Notes under the pieces: model-generated
Told to the model about the DNA's origin: nothing
The model's input: only the letters and a program-made list of their open reading frames with translations
Database searches by the model: none
Part shown: positions 13,693 to 25,204 of the stretch, in pieces
How the letters are laid out: every line of letters starts with the position of its first letter
Position numbering within the stretch: the stretch's first letter is position 1
Assembly (NCBI RefSeq): GCF_006345805.1
Contig: NC_042999.1
Location: 172,856,001-172,920,000 of the forward strand
Direction of reading: 5' to 3'
Length of the DNA: 64,000 nucleotides
Origin: Octopus sinensis
Lineage: Eukaryota
Made by a program: the position numbers and the translations under genes

Positions 13693-13931
13693 TAACATTT
13701 AAAAGATATTTAATGCACTTAAAAATTACATGTAAATAAGTTAAAAGTACAAAACTATTAAGGCAATAAATGTTGGTTTGTGTCCCAAAATCCCATTATG
13801 GGAAGATACTTCAAAGGATGAAACTTTAAAATACATTGCGTGCGTAAAGAGAACGTGTCTTTTGTGTAATTCAAAACAATTTATATTTTAAATTTGTTTC
13901 CAAATAAAGAACGAGGTGATAACAAACGAAA

Positions 13932-14531
13932 TTATACATCAACCTCACTTTCAAAGTTTTCGTTATGAAACTTTTCTCTTCGAGGTCGCTTTGCCAGTTG
14001 AACTTCATCTTTTTTACCATTCACGTAATTTTCCTTCTCTTGTTGGTATCGAGCCTGGTCCTCGAGGAATTGTTTTGTATAAACTTTCTTTTTCATATCT
14101 GGAAGAATGCGCCACTCTTCAGCGGCTTTCGAAATTAGGGCTGATGCCTTCATTTTACCGGAATTGTTTTTCCGATAATCTTTCAAAAACATCAAATAAG
14201 CTGACTGGGGACGTTTTGGCTTCATATTATCAGAATCATTGTTCAGCTTTCCGGTTTCTTGAAGCCATCTCTCGCGGTCTTTTAAGGCCATGTCTTCATA
14301 TATTTTCTTCTCATCAGGGGGTAAAGTTTTCCATTTCCCGGCGTATATCCTAGAGAATTCAGTCACTTTTAATGGAGTGTTACCGAGTCTATTATTTTCT
14401 GCACGGCAATTTGCAAGGTAGTAAAAGTATGCTGTCGTCGGTCTTTTAGGCTTCGAAGGGTCACTTTCTTTCTTTCTTGAGGCATCTGCTTTTTTGCGGC
14501 TCTTCTTTTCCATATCTGGGTATTCAGCCAT
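13932..14531 (-). CDS. HMGB: Intronless two-HMG-box protein (HMGB-like, 199 aa)
   Basis: Open frame from ATG at 14531 (MAEYPDMEKK...) to TAA at 13934-13932. Box A: DPSKPKRPTTAYFYYLANCR...FSRIYAGKWKTLPPDEKKIYEDMALKDRERW. Box B: KPKRPQSAYLMFLKDYRK...LISKAAEEWRILPDMKKKVYTKQFLEDQARYQQEKENY. Basic N-terminus and short acidic end (ENFESEVDV). Symbol is family-level; the exact paralogue is not determined. Confidence 0.93.
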   Translation of the reverse strand: MAEYPDMEKKSRKKADASRKKESDPSKPKRPTTAYFYYLANCRAENNRLGNTPLKVTEFSRIYAGKWKTLPPDEKKIYEDMALKDRERWLQETGKLNNDSDNMKPKRPQSAYLMFLKDYRKNNSGKMKASALISKAAEEWRILPDMKKKVYTKQFLEDQARYQQEKENYVNGKKDEVQLAKRPRREKFHNENFESEVDV

Positions 14532-14661
14532 CAAACTATATCGCAGCCAAATAAACAGCAAAAATCACGTAGTTTAACAGCAAATTGTGCTTTCTTTATT
14601 TTCGTTCAATTTTAAAAACAGCCGTTTTCTATTCTCCACCAGTGCTTTTTTTCTGAAGTCA

Positions 14662-14694
14662 AACTAACTGTGTGAAAAAATATTCACCTATATA
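14662..14694 (-). promoter_or_regulatory. Putative core promoter of HMG gene (TATA box plus Inr-like element)
   Basis: Minus-strand TATATAG starts at 14694; Inr-like TTAGTT has its A at 14665, 29 nt downstream and ~135 nt upstream of the ATG. Confidence 0.5.
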
Positions 14695-15389
14695 TGCCTC
14701 CAATATAATTTACATATTATACACTACCCATTAATATTGAATATGTAAAAACAATAAAGCTGCCACCTGTAACAATAAGATGAACTGCACACCAACGCTC
14801 CTACATTTAATATATAACAGTATATAGGAACTATCGAATATTATGTTTTGACTCTCCTCTTTATCTTTCTTGTATTTTGATATTTGAATTTCTATTTAGA
14901 AGCAAACATCAAAAAATGTCCAATAAATGTGTATAGAAGTATTTTTTTCATATCTTTATTACCATTTTCTCAAATAAGTCCTACAGGCGGTATTGTGAAT
15001 TTAAACTGCACACTTTCAAATCTTTTACGTTTCCTAATATTTTTTTCAAATTAATGAATTTCTTCGGGCATTTTCCTTGTGCTTTTCTTCTTTAAATATT
15101 TTAAAAGCCCAAATTTTATTGAATGGCTAAAGTTATAATAATCCTTCCCTCATATCTTAAATCAATTATACCTATGACCGGAATAATAAAATCAAGAATG
15201 CAATATTATTTGCTAGTTTCACATATGACAACCGGAGATAATTAATGAAAATTATATTAGGTCCACGTAATAAGAGTAACGAGCATTGTAAATTAAGCAT
15301 TAAAATGAGTTACGTCCTTAACTCATGAGTGTAATTTTCTACTTGAAATGAATCCTTTTCAGTAAAATTGAGAAGGATGTAATAAAAGA

Positions 15390-15898
15390 TATGCGTTTGT
15401 CGGGTAAGAAAATTTCCCCCAACACCATGTTTCTGTGTTCAATCACACTGCGTGGCACGTTTGGCAAGTATTTTCTACTATAAGCTCTGGTCGGGTAAAT
15501 CCTTGTAAGTGGATTTAGTAGACGAAAACTGAAGGTTTAATCCATTTACAGCCGACTGAACTGGGCCAACGTAGTATGAAGTGTTTTGCTCAAGAACACA
15601 ACGCACCGGAGCTAGAATGGGACCGACGATCGTGACTGCAAATGCTAGCCACTAGGCTGCACGTCTACATAAAACACAGGTGTTTGTATGTGTCATATCT
15701 GCATTGGTGTTGGCGTTTTTGGTCCCAGTAACCTAACTGTTCGGCAAAAGATGCCTATATAGTAAGTACCAAGCTTAAATAGAAAGTGCTTGGGGCGAGT
15801 CACTCGAGTAAAATCCTTCAAGGCAGAGCCCCAGCAAGACGGTACCCCAGCAAGGCAGGCCCCCAGCAAGCCTAATAACTGAAACCAGTAAAAGAAAA
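15390..15898 (+). mobile_element. Degenerate SINE family B with nested antisense SINE fragment (~15550-15665)
   Basis: cactgcgtggcacgtttggcaagtattttctactataagc...gtggatttagtagacgaaaactgaa matches 52412-52565 and 55868-55965; tail ...ccccagcaag...taactgaaaccagtaaaag. Confidence 0.65.
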
Positions 15899-16483
15899 AG
15901 CTAAAGACGTCCTTCTAAAATTATTTTTTTAATTCTTGGCCACACATGAAATCGGTGAAAACCGACATTCTATTAAATCTAATTTATATAAATACATGCA
16001 TCTATATATATTTGTAACTCTTCACTTAAAATTGGGCTTTCAGTTATAATGACATATTTTCAAATTATTTACTACATAGCGTTTAAATTTTCTTTTTCAC
16101 CGAGGGAAATACAAACACTCCTATCAATACATTGATGATTAGCGGTAATTTACGTTTATTAATTCGTTTTGCAAGATTCCTTATGTGAAATCGTGTGTTG
16201 AAACAGATATTGTTGTATTTGGGACGGTCATTTTGTTTTTGCCAAATAAACACACGCACTATATTTATTTTTCTTCACTCCTTTATTGCTGTTCCTATTT
16301 TATTATTTTAACTCATATCCGGAAATTTTTCGTCATATATTTGACCGCTTTTCGTTTTCGTGTGTGTTCTTGCTCCACTTACTGCATTCTGTTCTTCTAA
16401 GATATGTATCCCTATGTGCGCATGCGCTTGTGTCCTTGTTTGTGTGTGTGTCTGTGTGCATAGCAGCAGTGCGGCCTTCCCTT

Positions 16484-16717
16484 AAGGCGGCTAACTGGCA
16501 GAATCGTTAGTACGCCTGGCGAAATGCTTAGTGAAAATTTCGTCTGCTGTTACGTTCTGAGTTCAAATTCCGCCGAGGTCGACTTTCCCCTTCGTCCTTT
16601 CGGGGTCGATAAATTAAGTACCAGTTACGCACTGAGGTAGATGTAATCGACTTAATCCCTTTGTCTGTCCTTGTTTGTCCCCTCTATGTTTAGCCCCTTG
16701 TGGGCAATAAGGAAATA
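16484..16717 (+). mobile_element. SINE family A, monomeric
   Basis: Same head, core and tail as 9063; 16-bp TSD agtgYggccttcYctt at 16468-16483 and 16718-16733. Confidence 0.9.
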
Positions 16718-17149
16718 AGTGTGGCCTTCTCTTCAGCCCCATCCTATTCAACCCATTGTGCTACTGCTGTCCAAAGACCCGAAAAAATGGTACAGTTCCG
16801 ATGTTGCCTTCGTGGTAGTTGTTGTTATCTTCTTTTTTTCTTCTTTTTTTCTTCTTCTTTTTCCAATCAGGACTCACGCATTTAGCCACAAAAAATTATC
16901 TCTAATTCGAGCCTAATCCAATCTACTAAGAATGCGTTTGGCAACTTGAATATACACCCACCACACGCGAGAGAACTGGCAGTTGCACGGGCGCGAAAGC
17001 TACGTTGTTATCCCCATTCTGTAAACGATGACTTTTACCGGGTGGAGAGCTGAACCATCCTGGGGTACAGAGGATTCGCAATCTAGACTAGAGTCTGAAA
17101 GTTTACCACATCATAGTGGGTTACGCTATGGTTCCTCTTCTTTGGGGCA

Positions 17150-17340
17150 GAAGAAGGAAGAAAGAGTGAGAGAAAGTTGTGGTGAAAGAGCACAGCGGGG
17201 TTCCCCACCCCCGACGGAGGCTCGTAGAGCTTAGGTGTTTTTGCTCAAGAAACACTCACAATGTCCGATCTGGGAATTGAAACCGCGTTCTTACGACCGC
17301 GAGTCCGCTTCCCTAACCACTGGGCCATTGTGCCTCCACA
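17150..17340 (-). mobile_element. tRNA-derived SINE family C (5' part)
   Basis: Minus strand tgtggaggcacaaTGGCCCAGTGGttagg...GGTTTCAATTCCcag (Pol III A and B boxes) followed by gtgtttcttgagcaaaaacacct. Confidence 0.8.
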
Positions 17341-17562
17341 GTTGTTGTTGTTGTTGTCGTTATTGCCATCGTAGGTAGCACCGCTGCTGCTGGCCGTGTT
17401 AGTTGAAGTTTCATGTGTGTGTGTATGTATGTATGTATAGGTTCGCTTCGTATGTATCCATGCCCACGTAGACAAAAAAGAACTTGGTAATTTGACTGCA
17501 GTATGATTAAAAAATGTGAATATTCTGTGTATATTCTCTGATTTCTATTAATTATATATACA

Positions 17563-18103
17563 CAGGGTGGCCCAAAAAGTAGGTTTACAGTTATCACGTA
17601 GGCACTTTAAATTTCTTTTAAAATATTTTATTACTTTGAAATTTCTATCTTGCAATCATGTTTATGCACATCTTAATCAGACAATGTTCAATGTCTCAGC
17701 GGCTTAAAACGTCCTCCTTCAACATTGCAACATTCTTCAAACCTCTTCAAAACAGACTGAAATACAGTGCAGCACAAATTCCGATCTCCATCAATGTCAG
17801 TGTATGTGTCAGAAATGTAATCTTTTTATTTATTTACTGTTTGGGGATTCTTCTCATAAACCTTCTTCTTTACAACACCCCCAAAAGGGAAATCCATTTT
17901 CTTTGCTCTCTATTTAAATTGATTGCCGTAGCTCACATTTTACAATACCGGTAAAAAAAACAAAAACAATTACAAACTGGTAAGGGGAGCTTCACATAAT
18001 TAACTAAATTATCATAGAGAAATGGTTTCATATATATATATATATATTTTAATATGCGAAAGAGAAAGTTGAATAACAGTAAACCTGCTTTTCGGCCACC
18101 CTG
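17563..18103 (-). mobile_element. Non-autonomous Tc1/mariner deletion derivative (MITE-like)
   Basis: ~32-bp TIRs: CAGGGTGGCCCAAAAAGTAGGTTTACAGTTAT at 17563 and its imperfect reverse complement at 18073-18103, followed by TA. Internal minus-strand transposase C-terminus MDFPFGGVVKKKVYEKNPQTVNK*KDYISD...LCCTVFQSVLKRFEECCNVEGGRF. Confidence 0.88.
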
Positions 18104-18127
18104 TATATGTGTGTGTGTGGGGGGGTA

Positions 18128-18295
18128 TTCTTTTATTCTTTTCCTAGTTTCAGTAATTTAGCCTTTAATCGAACAAATCGACCCCTGGACTTATTCTTTG
18201 TAAGCCTAACACTTATTCTATTGCGTCTCTTTTGCCGAATCACTAAGTTATGGGGACGTAAACACACCAACATCATTTGTCATGTGATGGTGACA
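18128..18295 (-). mobile_element. SINE family B 3' fragment
   Basis: tcgaacaaatcgacccctggacttattctttgtaagcc is the reverse-complement homologue of 55990-56030. Confidence 0.7.
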
Positions 18296-18364
18296 CACAA
18301 TATACACACACGCGCATATATATATATATATAATACATACATACACACACATACACATATATAT

Positions 18365-18560
18365 AATCAGAAAATGGAGAAAACCACATTCATAGCTTTT
18401 TTTTATTACAAAGCATGATATAACAACTGGGTGACGTAACAAATATTACGGCCGTTTCCGATCCACTACCAAAACGCTGACTATAAATAAACGCGAGAAT
18501 AAATTTATTTATCTTCATAGAACACTCGAATTAAGGCGCGGAGCTTCATCAGAGTAAAAA
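18365..18560 (-). mobile_element. Penelope-like terminal remnant with hammerhead core motifs
   Basis: Minus strand CTGATGA (18552-18546) ... GAAAC-GGCC-GTA (18458-18447), then an AT-rich tail into (TA)n; stems I and II are imperfect. Confidence 0.45.
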
Positions 18561-19889
18561 ACAAGAACATACAATATAAACAAAGGGAAGAAGGAAAAGG
18601 AAAGAAAACATGGCCTAGAAAAAGAAGCCTAGAAATCCAATATAATTAATTCAAATCCTCAATTTTATTTAAATTTCAATTTTAGCATTTTCTATCTTGT
18701 TTGCTTTCTTTACCCTCTAGCACCTTTTATACCATAGATGTATTTGTCGACACTTGCTGGAATTTAGATTTATTTCATTACTAACTTGTCCTTCCCTCCA
18801 CTCACTGCCCTTCCCCCGCATTATAGCCCTACATATTTGCGAATAATATTAGCCCCATGTTTGATTTATTCATCTTATTTCATTTTTTCTTTTATATGTT
18901 ATTTTTTAATTTAATCTCACTCTATGTCCACCCTCTCCCACCATACATTCTGTGTCTGTGTCTGCTTGTTTCTGGGACTATGTTAGTTGGGCTTACCAGG
19001 AGATGTTTGTATAAATTTGATGTACTATGTAGAACTGTAAGTGTAACCCATTGATTGAAATTTTATGTCTGCTCCCACTTAGTGTTGATATATTATTTGT
19101 TTATAATTTTTAAATTATTAGATTTATTGATTGGAATAATCTAATTTTAGGTTAATGTAATATAAGCACAGCCTATTAAAATGTAATTATATTTTTTGCA
19201 CCCATTTTGAGTTAATATACCTTTGTTTATAATCTTTAATGATTAGATTTAATTAGTATTTCATTGTAATCTTAGGGTATTTGTTGTTGCTTTTTAAGTA
19301 TGTTTAGTAAATTGTTTGAATTAAGGAAACTTTACTCATAGTACTGATTTGCCAGTGGACCAGGTATTAACTCTACACATATAGTGCCAATATACTCTTT
19401 TAAATTGTATATGTATTGCTTATTAAGCATTTTTAGTATACTTTGGCAACTTGTGAGTTTTATTACTTGATAATAATTAACACATGATTTGGTCTTAAAT
19501 ATTAACCACCTAATTGTAAGTGACTTTTTATTTGTGTATTTTTCTTGCGTGCCTGTATATATCTAATTATTATCACAATTCGCTATACACGAGGTTAAGT
19601 CCCAATTCATTTGATAATACCTTTAATTAAATCGCTGAATTACCTGTACTTGTTGCCTCCCCATAACCACAACCAGAGGCTATTTACTTTTTTGACTGTT
19701 ACCTCATGTATGTCATAACGTTAAGCTGCTGAAAGACATAAGCGGCCCTGCACTACTTATATCATTGTATTTTTCTTTTCTTGTTTATTTTATTGATATA
19801 TCCATTGTAACGGTTTTAACTTGTGATCTCGGTTCAAATAGTAACTGATCAATTGTAGAGACCACTGGACTTAGACTTGCCCCATTGTG

Positions 19890-19989
19890 NNNNNNNNNNN
19901 NNNNNNNNNNNNNNNNNNNNNNNNNNNNNNNNNNNNNNNNNNNNNNNNNNNNNNNNNNNNNNNNNNNNNNNNNNNNNNNNNNNNNNNNN
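19890..19989. other. Assembly gap (100 N)
   Basis: Run of n. Confidence 1.
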
Positions 19990-21823
19990 ATATACACATA
20001 TATAAACATAGGTGAAATTAGTAACCACAGAATGACTAATAACATTAACATTAATAGTAATAATAACAATGCCGATATTAATAGAAGTAATAATGTTAAT
20101 AATAGAAATAATAGATATAAAGCTAATGGAGAAAATAAGGAGAATTGAAAATATCAGTGATATTTATAACAGCAATATGCAGTCGGATAAAAAGACTAAC
20201 AATAATAGTAACATTACCAATAATATAAGAAATCATGGTAGGACTTTAGACCTAAATGATGAAGCTGAAGAATCAATAAATAATAGCAATACTTTAGATA
20301 TCAGCACCAACTATAGAAATGATAATCAAAATAATAGGAACCTAAGACATCTACCCAAGAATAATCCAAAGCCTGAAGTCGCTCCTCCTGTGTGTAAGTG
20401 TAGAATAAAATCAAAATGCCCGGCACCTAGTCTATGTGGGGAAAAATAATGTAATCTATAATGTACCATATCCACGGAGAATAACAAATATCTTTACGTT
20501 GGATGTACAATTAATTTTCTAGCCAGAGTTAGAAATCACATCTCGTCTTTTAAATTACGTCAAAAGCTGGTACCACCACACTTTCAAACAAAATCTGGGA
20601 ACTCAAAAATAATAATAAAAATTATAACCTAATTGGGAATTAGTTAGGAGAGCAATTCCGTATAAAAATAGTAGGGTTGGTTGCCAACTATGCTCCATGG
20701 AGACGTATGAAATTCTTAAAGCATAGAAAACATAGAAAACTTATTGAATAACCATATCGAACTAGGTCAAGTTGTGTCCACGCTAAGTTGAAGACTTTAA
20801 AATATTTAAAATGATTAGAATATTCGTAACTAGATAGATAGATATAACTTGATTTCTACTAGTATAGCAGCTTTAAGTAGATAACTAAGAGTTCTCCACA
20901 CTACAGTTATCTTTTTCCTTATATCTGCATCAGTTTTTTGAGAACAGGGAAATGAATAGTACTAATACGCTGCTTAATTGAGGCTTTATTTAATTTCAAA
21001 CTCATAATTTTAATTCTTAATTTAATCTTAATTGTATTTTTAATTTTAATTCCTAACTTAATCTAATTTAAGTAGCATAACTCTAATAAAATAAAATGAG
21101 TTACTATAGCCCCATAATTCTATTTCAAAATTAAATAAATAAGGCTACCCCCTCGGTGATAATATGATTATCTTCATTATGATAGACAATCCCCTAACAC
21201 CTTGTAAATGATCTTCTAAGATTTGACCTGTAGTCCGTCAATGTATGAATAATAACGGCAACTCCGAAGACAATAAAATGAATAATTAAATAAGTAAATT
21301 TTAATGACTTTTTGATAAGATTATACTTAGATTTTCCTAATGTATTTTCTTTTGATTTTAGCATCTGACCCCTAAACCCCTGACTGTGTTATCTCTTTAG
21401 ATTCTCTTTAAATTCATAGCTGATTTCAACAGCAATAAATTAGCTGTTTTACTGGCCAAAGAATAATATTCTCCTCTAGTTCCTAGATGCCTGTAAATTA
21501 AAACCAGACTTGCCGTCTACTAATTCTTCTGTATAACTAGAACCTCTTTTTTCTTTTTCTTTTTTCCTTCTTTCCCTATTTCTTTCTCTTTTCTCTTTTT
21601 TCTTTTTCTTCTCTTATTCTCTTTTTCCTTTTCTCTTTTCTCTTTTAGTCCCCTTCCCCCCCTTTTTGCTCCCTCCTTTATTTTCTCTCTTTTCTTCTAT
21701 TCCCTTCCCTTTCTATTCTTTGCCTCTCTAGAAAGCCCTTCAGCCTTTAAAAGTTAAATAGCTACAGCCTCTTGTAAATAGCAGTAATGTGATTAATGTG
21801 GCAAATACCTAATCATATAACAA

Positions 21824-22113
21824 GAATTGATACCTACCTCATTGTGTTCAACCATTGATAAATTTATCGCCTGTGAATATGAAATTCCTCTTCATTTCTC
21901 TGGAAACTGACATCTAACACCATTGGAAATTGTGCATCTATACAAAGGATTAATTCACCCTCTCTGTAATGCTAATAAGCAGGAATTGAGACCCACCTCG
22001 TTGTGATTAACAATGGTAAATTTGTCTTCTGTGAGTATGTAATCCCTCATCATATCTCTGGAAATTCATATGTGCTCTATGGATTAGGTCACCTTCTCTG
22101 TGATGCTATTAAA
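21824..22113 (+). repeat. Two diverged tandem units (~159 and ~131 bp)
   Basis: Units start gaattgatacctacctcattgtg (21824) and gaattgagacccacctcgttgtg (21983), sharing tctctggaaa and tctctgtRatgcta. Confidence 0.8.
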
Positions 22114-22256
22114 ACTTTTTTAAAATCTGTGATAAGACTGTACATCATCTTAAAAGAACTTTAATGGACTTGGAAATCTGTTTATGTTACTTAATTATCT
22201 ACATTACTTCATGAGTATAGCCTCAACCACTAGGATGTCTAGAGAACTCACATGTA

Positions 22257-22347
22257 TTTTAGCTGATGAGTACGGGACACGTTTATATGCTGTAATTTTT
22301 ACAACTTTTAATAAAGCCTGTCCTTGTATGAAACGATTGTACTAAAA
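22257..22347 (+). ncRNA. Type I hammerhead ribozyme
   Basis: Stem I TTTTAG/CTAAAA; core CTGATGA (22263-22269); stem II GTACGGGACA/TGTCCTTGTAT; GAAAC (22330-22334); near-palindromic stem III ACGATTGT; GTA cleavage triplet ending at 22341. Confidence 0.8.
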
Positions 22348-22379
22348 ACCTATCCATTCTTGTTGCTTCTTTCTCGCTG

Positions 22380-22670
<291 letters not shown>

Positions 22671-23044
22671 TTCCATATTTCCCAACACATCAAAGCAACA
22701 TTTATAAGACAACAAATTGCTAAAGTGCACGCTCTCTATAAACAGCTACTCTTACGAAAACAGTGACAGAAATTCTCACTGATCAAGTGGTTACCTGATC
22801 AATATAAAAGTAGCTTAAGAAATGTATTAAGACATTCATTGCTAGATATCGAAAGAGCAATTACCGTTTGTAACGTTGGCATAACGCCTAAATTAGAAAG
22901 ATGAGGCACATAGATGTTGCATTGACCGCAGTGTCTTAAATGTATTCACCCTCACGACTGAAGAACTGTAAAACATAGGGATTAGTAGTTAGAAAATAGA
23001 CGAATGGAACTAAATATGTAATGTAAGTAATTTCATGCCCGAGC

Positions 23045-23520
23045 AACTGATTAGAAGCGTTATCAAGTACATGTTTCGATTACAGAAGACGGGCTACAGC
23101 AAATATTCTGCTCAATACCACAGATTTGCTTGTCAGTTGTTTCACCATAACCCGCTGAGTACATCCCTTAGAGGCTGAGCAGAAGTAGTGGGGGAGCATC
23201 ATAGCTATATCCTGAAAAGTGTTCTCTGGGGTTTGAATAACTCACCTCTCGAAACATGGATGTTTTGTTCATCATCCTGAAACAAAGTTTATTCAGGAAC
23301 ATTTTGAGCGGAATGGGCTACTCAATCTGAAGAATATTCTAACAAGGCTCCACCTGCAAGGTCATGTGCTGTTTATCTTGATACGAGATCACTTTGTCGC
23401 GAAATTATGGCGGTGATGTATGTGCCTGCCACACTCTTATCAGACGGGTAGTCATGATAGCCATACTGGGCTTCATATATTTTACCCTAGTGTCACTTTG
23501 ATGGCATGCGCTGCTCTCTC
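23045..23520 (+). mobile_element. (AAT)n-associated non-coding element, diverged 5'-truncated copy
   Basis: Collinear with 45028-45511 (gggctacagcaaatattctgctcaataccacagatttgc...cttatcagacgggtagtc); followed by (AAT)n. Confidence 0.85.
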
Positions 23521-23530
23521 ATCCAATAAC

Positions 23531-23574
<44 letters not shown>

Positions 23575-23809
23575 TAATAATAATAACAATAGAGGTCCTT
23601 GTTGTGACTTGGCGAACAATATAAACCCCCGGTAGACACAAAATCTTCAATCAATAACCTCACAGTATTTTATATTGTGTGACTCTACAAAAATAATGAG
23701 AACGATAATAATAACATTCTCCTGTATCTCAAATCGAGACGTGAGAAAGCCTTACTTGAAACCTTTGGTAATTTATCATTAACTGCTTCCAAATATTTTT
23801 TTTTAATAT

Positions 23810-24025
23810 TTACATTATTTATATTACTTACATTTGGCGGATATTTGTCTTCATCTTGTTTGTTGTTAACACAACGTTTCGACTGATATAGTCTCCAGCC
23901 TTCATCTGGAGGGTATGTCAGCCGAAACGTTGTGTAATAACAAAAAAGATGAGGACAAATATCCGTCAAATGTAAATGATGGAATTAATGTATATGAATC
24001 ATCATCTTGTAAATATAGAACTGTA
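23810..24025. mobile_element. Inverted pair of hammerhead-bearing Penelope-like terminal repeats
   Basis: 23826-23898 is the imperfect reverse complement of 23906-23980. Minus arm reads GATGA-AGGCTG-gagactatat-CAGTC-GAAAC-GTTGT-GTT. Confidence 0.7.
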
Positions 24026-24029
24026 TAAA

Positions 24030-24645
24030 AAATATAAACGGATATTAAGATCTCCCTGGGTGTCCACAAAAGCTATGCCTCCTCATCGATATGACTGTCC
24101 GAATCGACATAAATATATTTGTCAAAACCAACCAGAAACTGACCAAATATAAAGATCTTGGAATAACAATCTGCAAAATGTAGAAACTCGACACCAGAAC
24201 AATATCTATAGTTCTAAGTGACCAAGGAATAATATCAAAATGGCATCATTGTTACCTATCTCCGATTCCAGAAAATACAAACACGTAATTCAAAACTTAA
24301 TGCTCATGGGAAGTGCTCATATCCGACGAAAAGTACATTCTATGTTGTTTCGAAAACAATTTAATCTGAAAATATATTATCAGAAGTATTTTAAACGTAC
24401 TTTTACCAACAACTCTTACTGTCATCGTAAGATCATACTATCATCATATTACCAAACTATTTTGAAAATAGATATTTAATTTTCTTATGTTTTGACTGAC
24501 ATTCTCTTGAAAGCTGCTTTATACTAATACAAAGACATGGCAGTTATCAACCACTTTACTCATGATACTGACTTGAAATTCAAACACGTCTCTTGAGGTC
24601 TCTTACTTGGAGTCAACTTGTATAAACACAAAGCAAAACGCACAT
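24030..24645 (+). mobile_element. Dong/R4-clade LINE 3' end (RLE remnant plus 3' UTR)
   Basis: VKTNQKLTKYKDLGITICKM*KLDTRTISIV...LMGSAHIRRKVHSM. 3' end gtctcttgaggtctc...ttggagtcaacttgtataaacacaaagcaaaa matches the 33310-33375 terminus; ends in (AAT)n. Confidence 0.75.
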
Positions 24646-24669
24646 ATAATAATAATAATAATAATAATA

Positions 24670-24715
<46 letters not shown>

Positions 24716-24770
24716 GATTTCATTTATTTGACACAAGGGCGAATCCATTCTACTAGGGAGTAGACCTAAA

Positions 24771-24910
24771 TGAGATGATCATGTTGCGCACATATGGTTG
24801 TGATGCATGTGTCTGGTGTACCCTTATCAGACGGGTAGTCATGATGGGTATACTGGGGTTCATATATTTTACCTCAGTGCCATTTTGATAGCATGCACTG
24901 CTCTCTCACA
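24771..24910 (+). mobile_element. (AAT)n-associated non-coding element, short 3' fragment
   Basis: Matches ~45370-45511. Confidence 0.85.
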
Positions 24911-24978
24911 CAACAACAACAATAATAACAATAATAATAATAATGATAATAATAATAATAACAATAATAATGATGATG

Positions 24979-25010
<32 letters not shown>

Positions 25011-25150
25011 GATAATAATAATAATAATAATAATGATAATAATGATAATAATAATGATGATAATAATAATAATAATGATAATAATGATAATAATAATAAT
25101 GATGATAATAATAATAATAATTATAATAATGATAATAATAATAATAATAA
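24911..25150. repeat. (AAT/GAT)n microsatellite
   Basis: Directly visible. Confidence 0.97.
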
Positions 25151-25204
25151 GCACAACCCAGTTCACTCGTTGATAAGGTGTATACTTTTAGTGCTGTTAT
25201 CAGA

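Noticed and set aside
13916-14353. 145-aa plus-strand ORF
   Set aside because: Antisense shadow of the HMG CDS, non-ATG start, no domain.
14532-14561. N-terminal extension of the HMG ORF in the track
   Set aside because: Starts at TTG; the first ATG is at 14531.
17270-17340. tRNA-like sequence with A and B boxes (also 55868, 9065)
   Set aside because: SINE heads continuing into repeat bodies; no complete cloverleaf.
19785-20148. ORFs spanning the N run
   Set aside because: Artefacts of the assembly gap.
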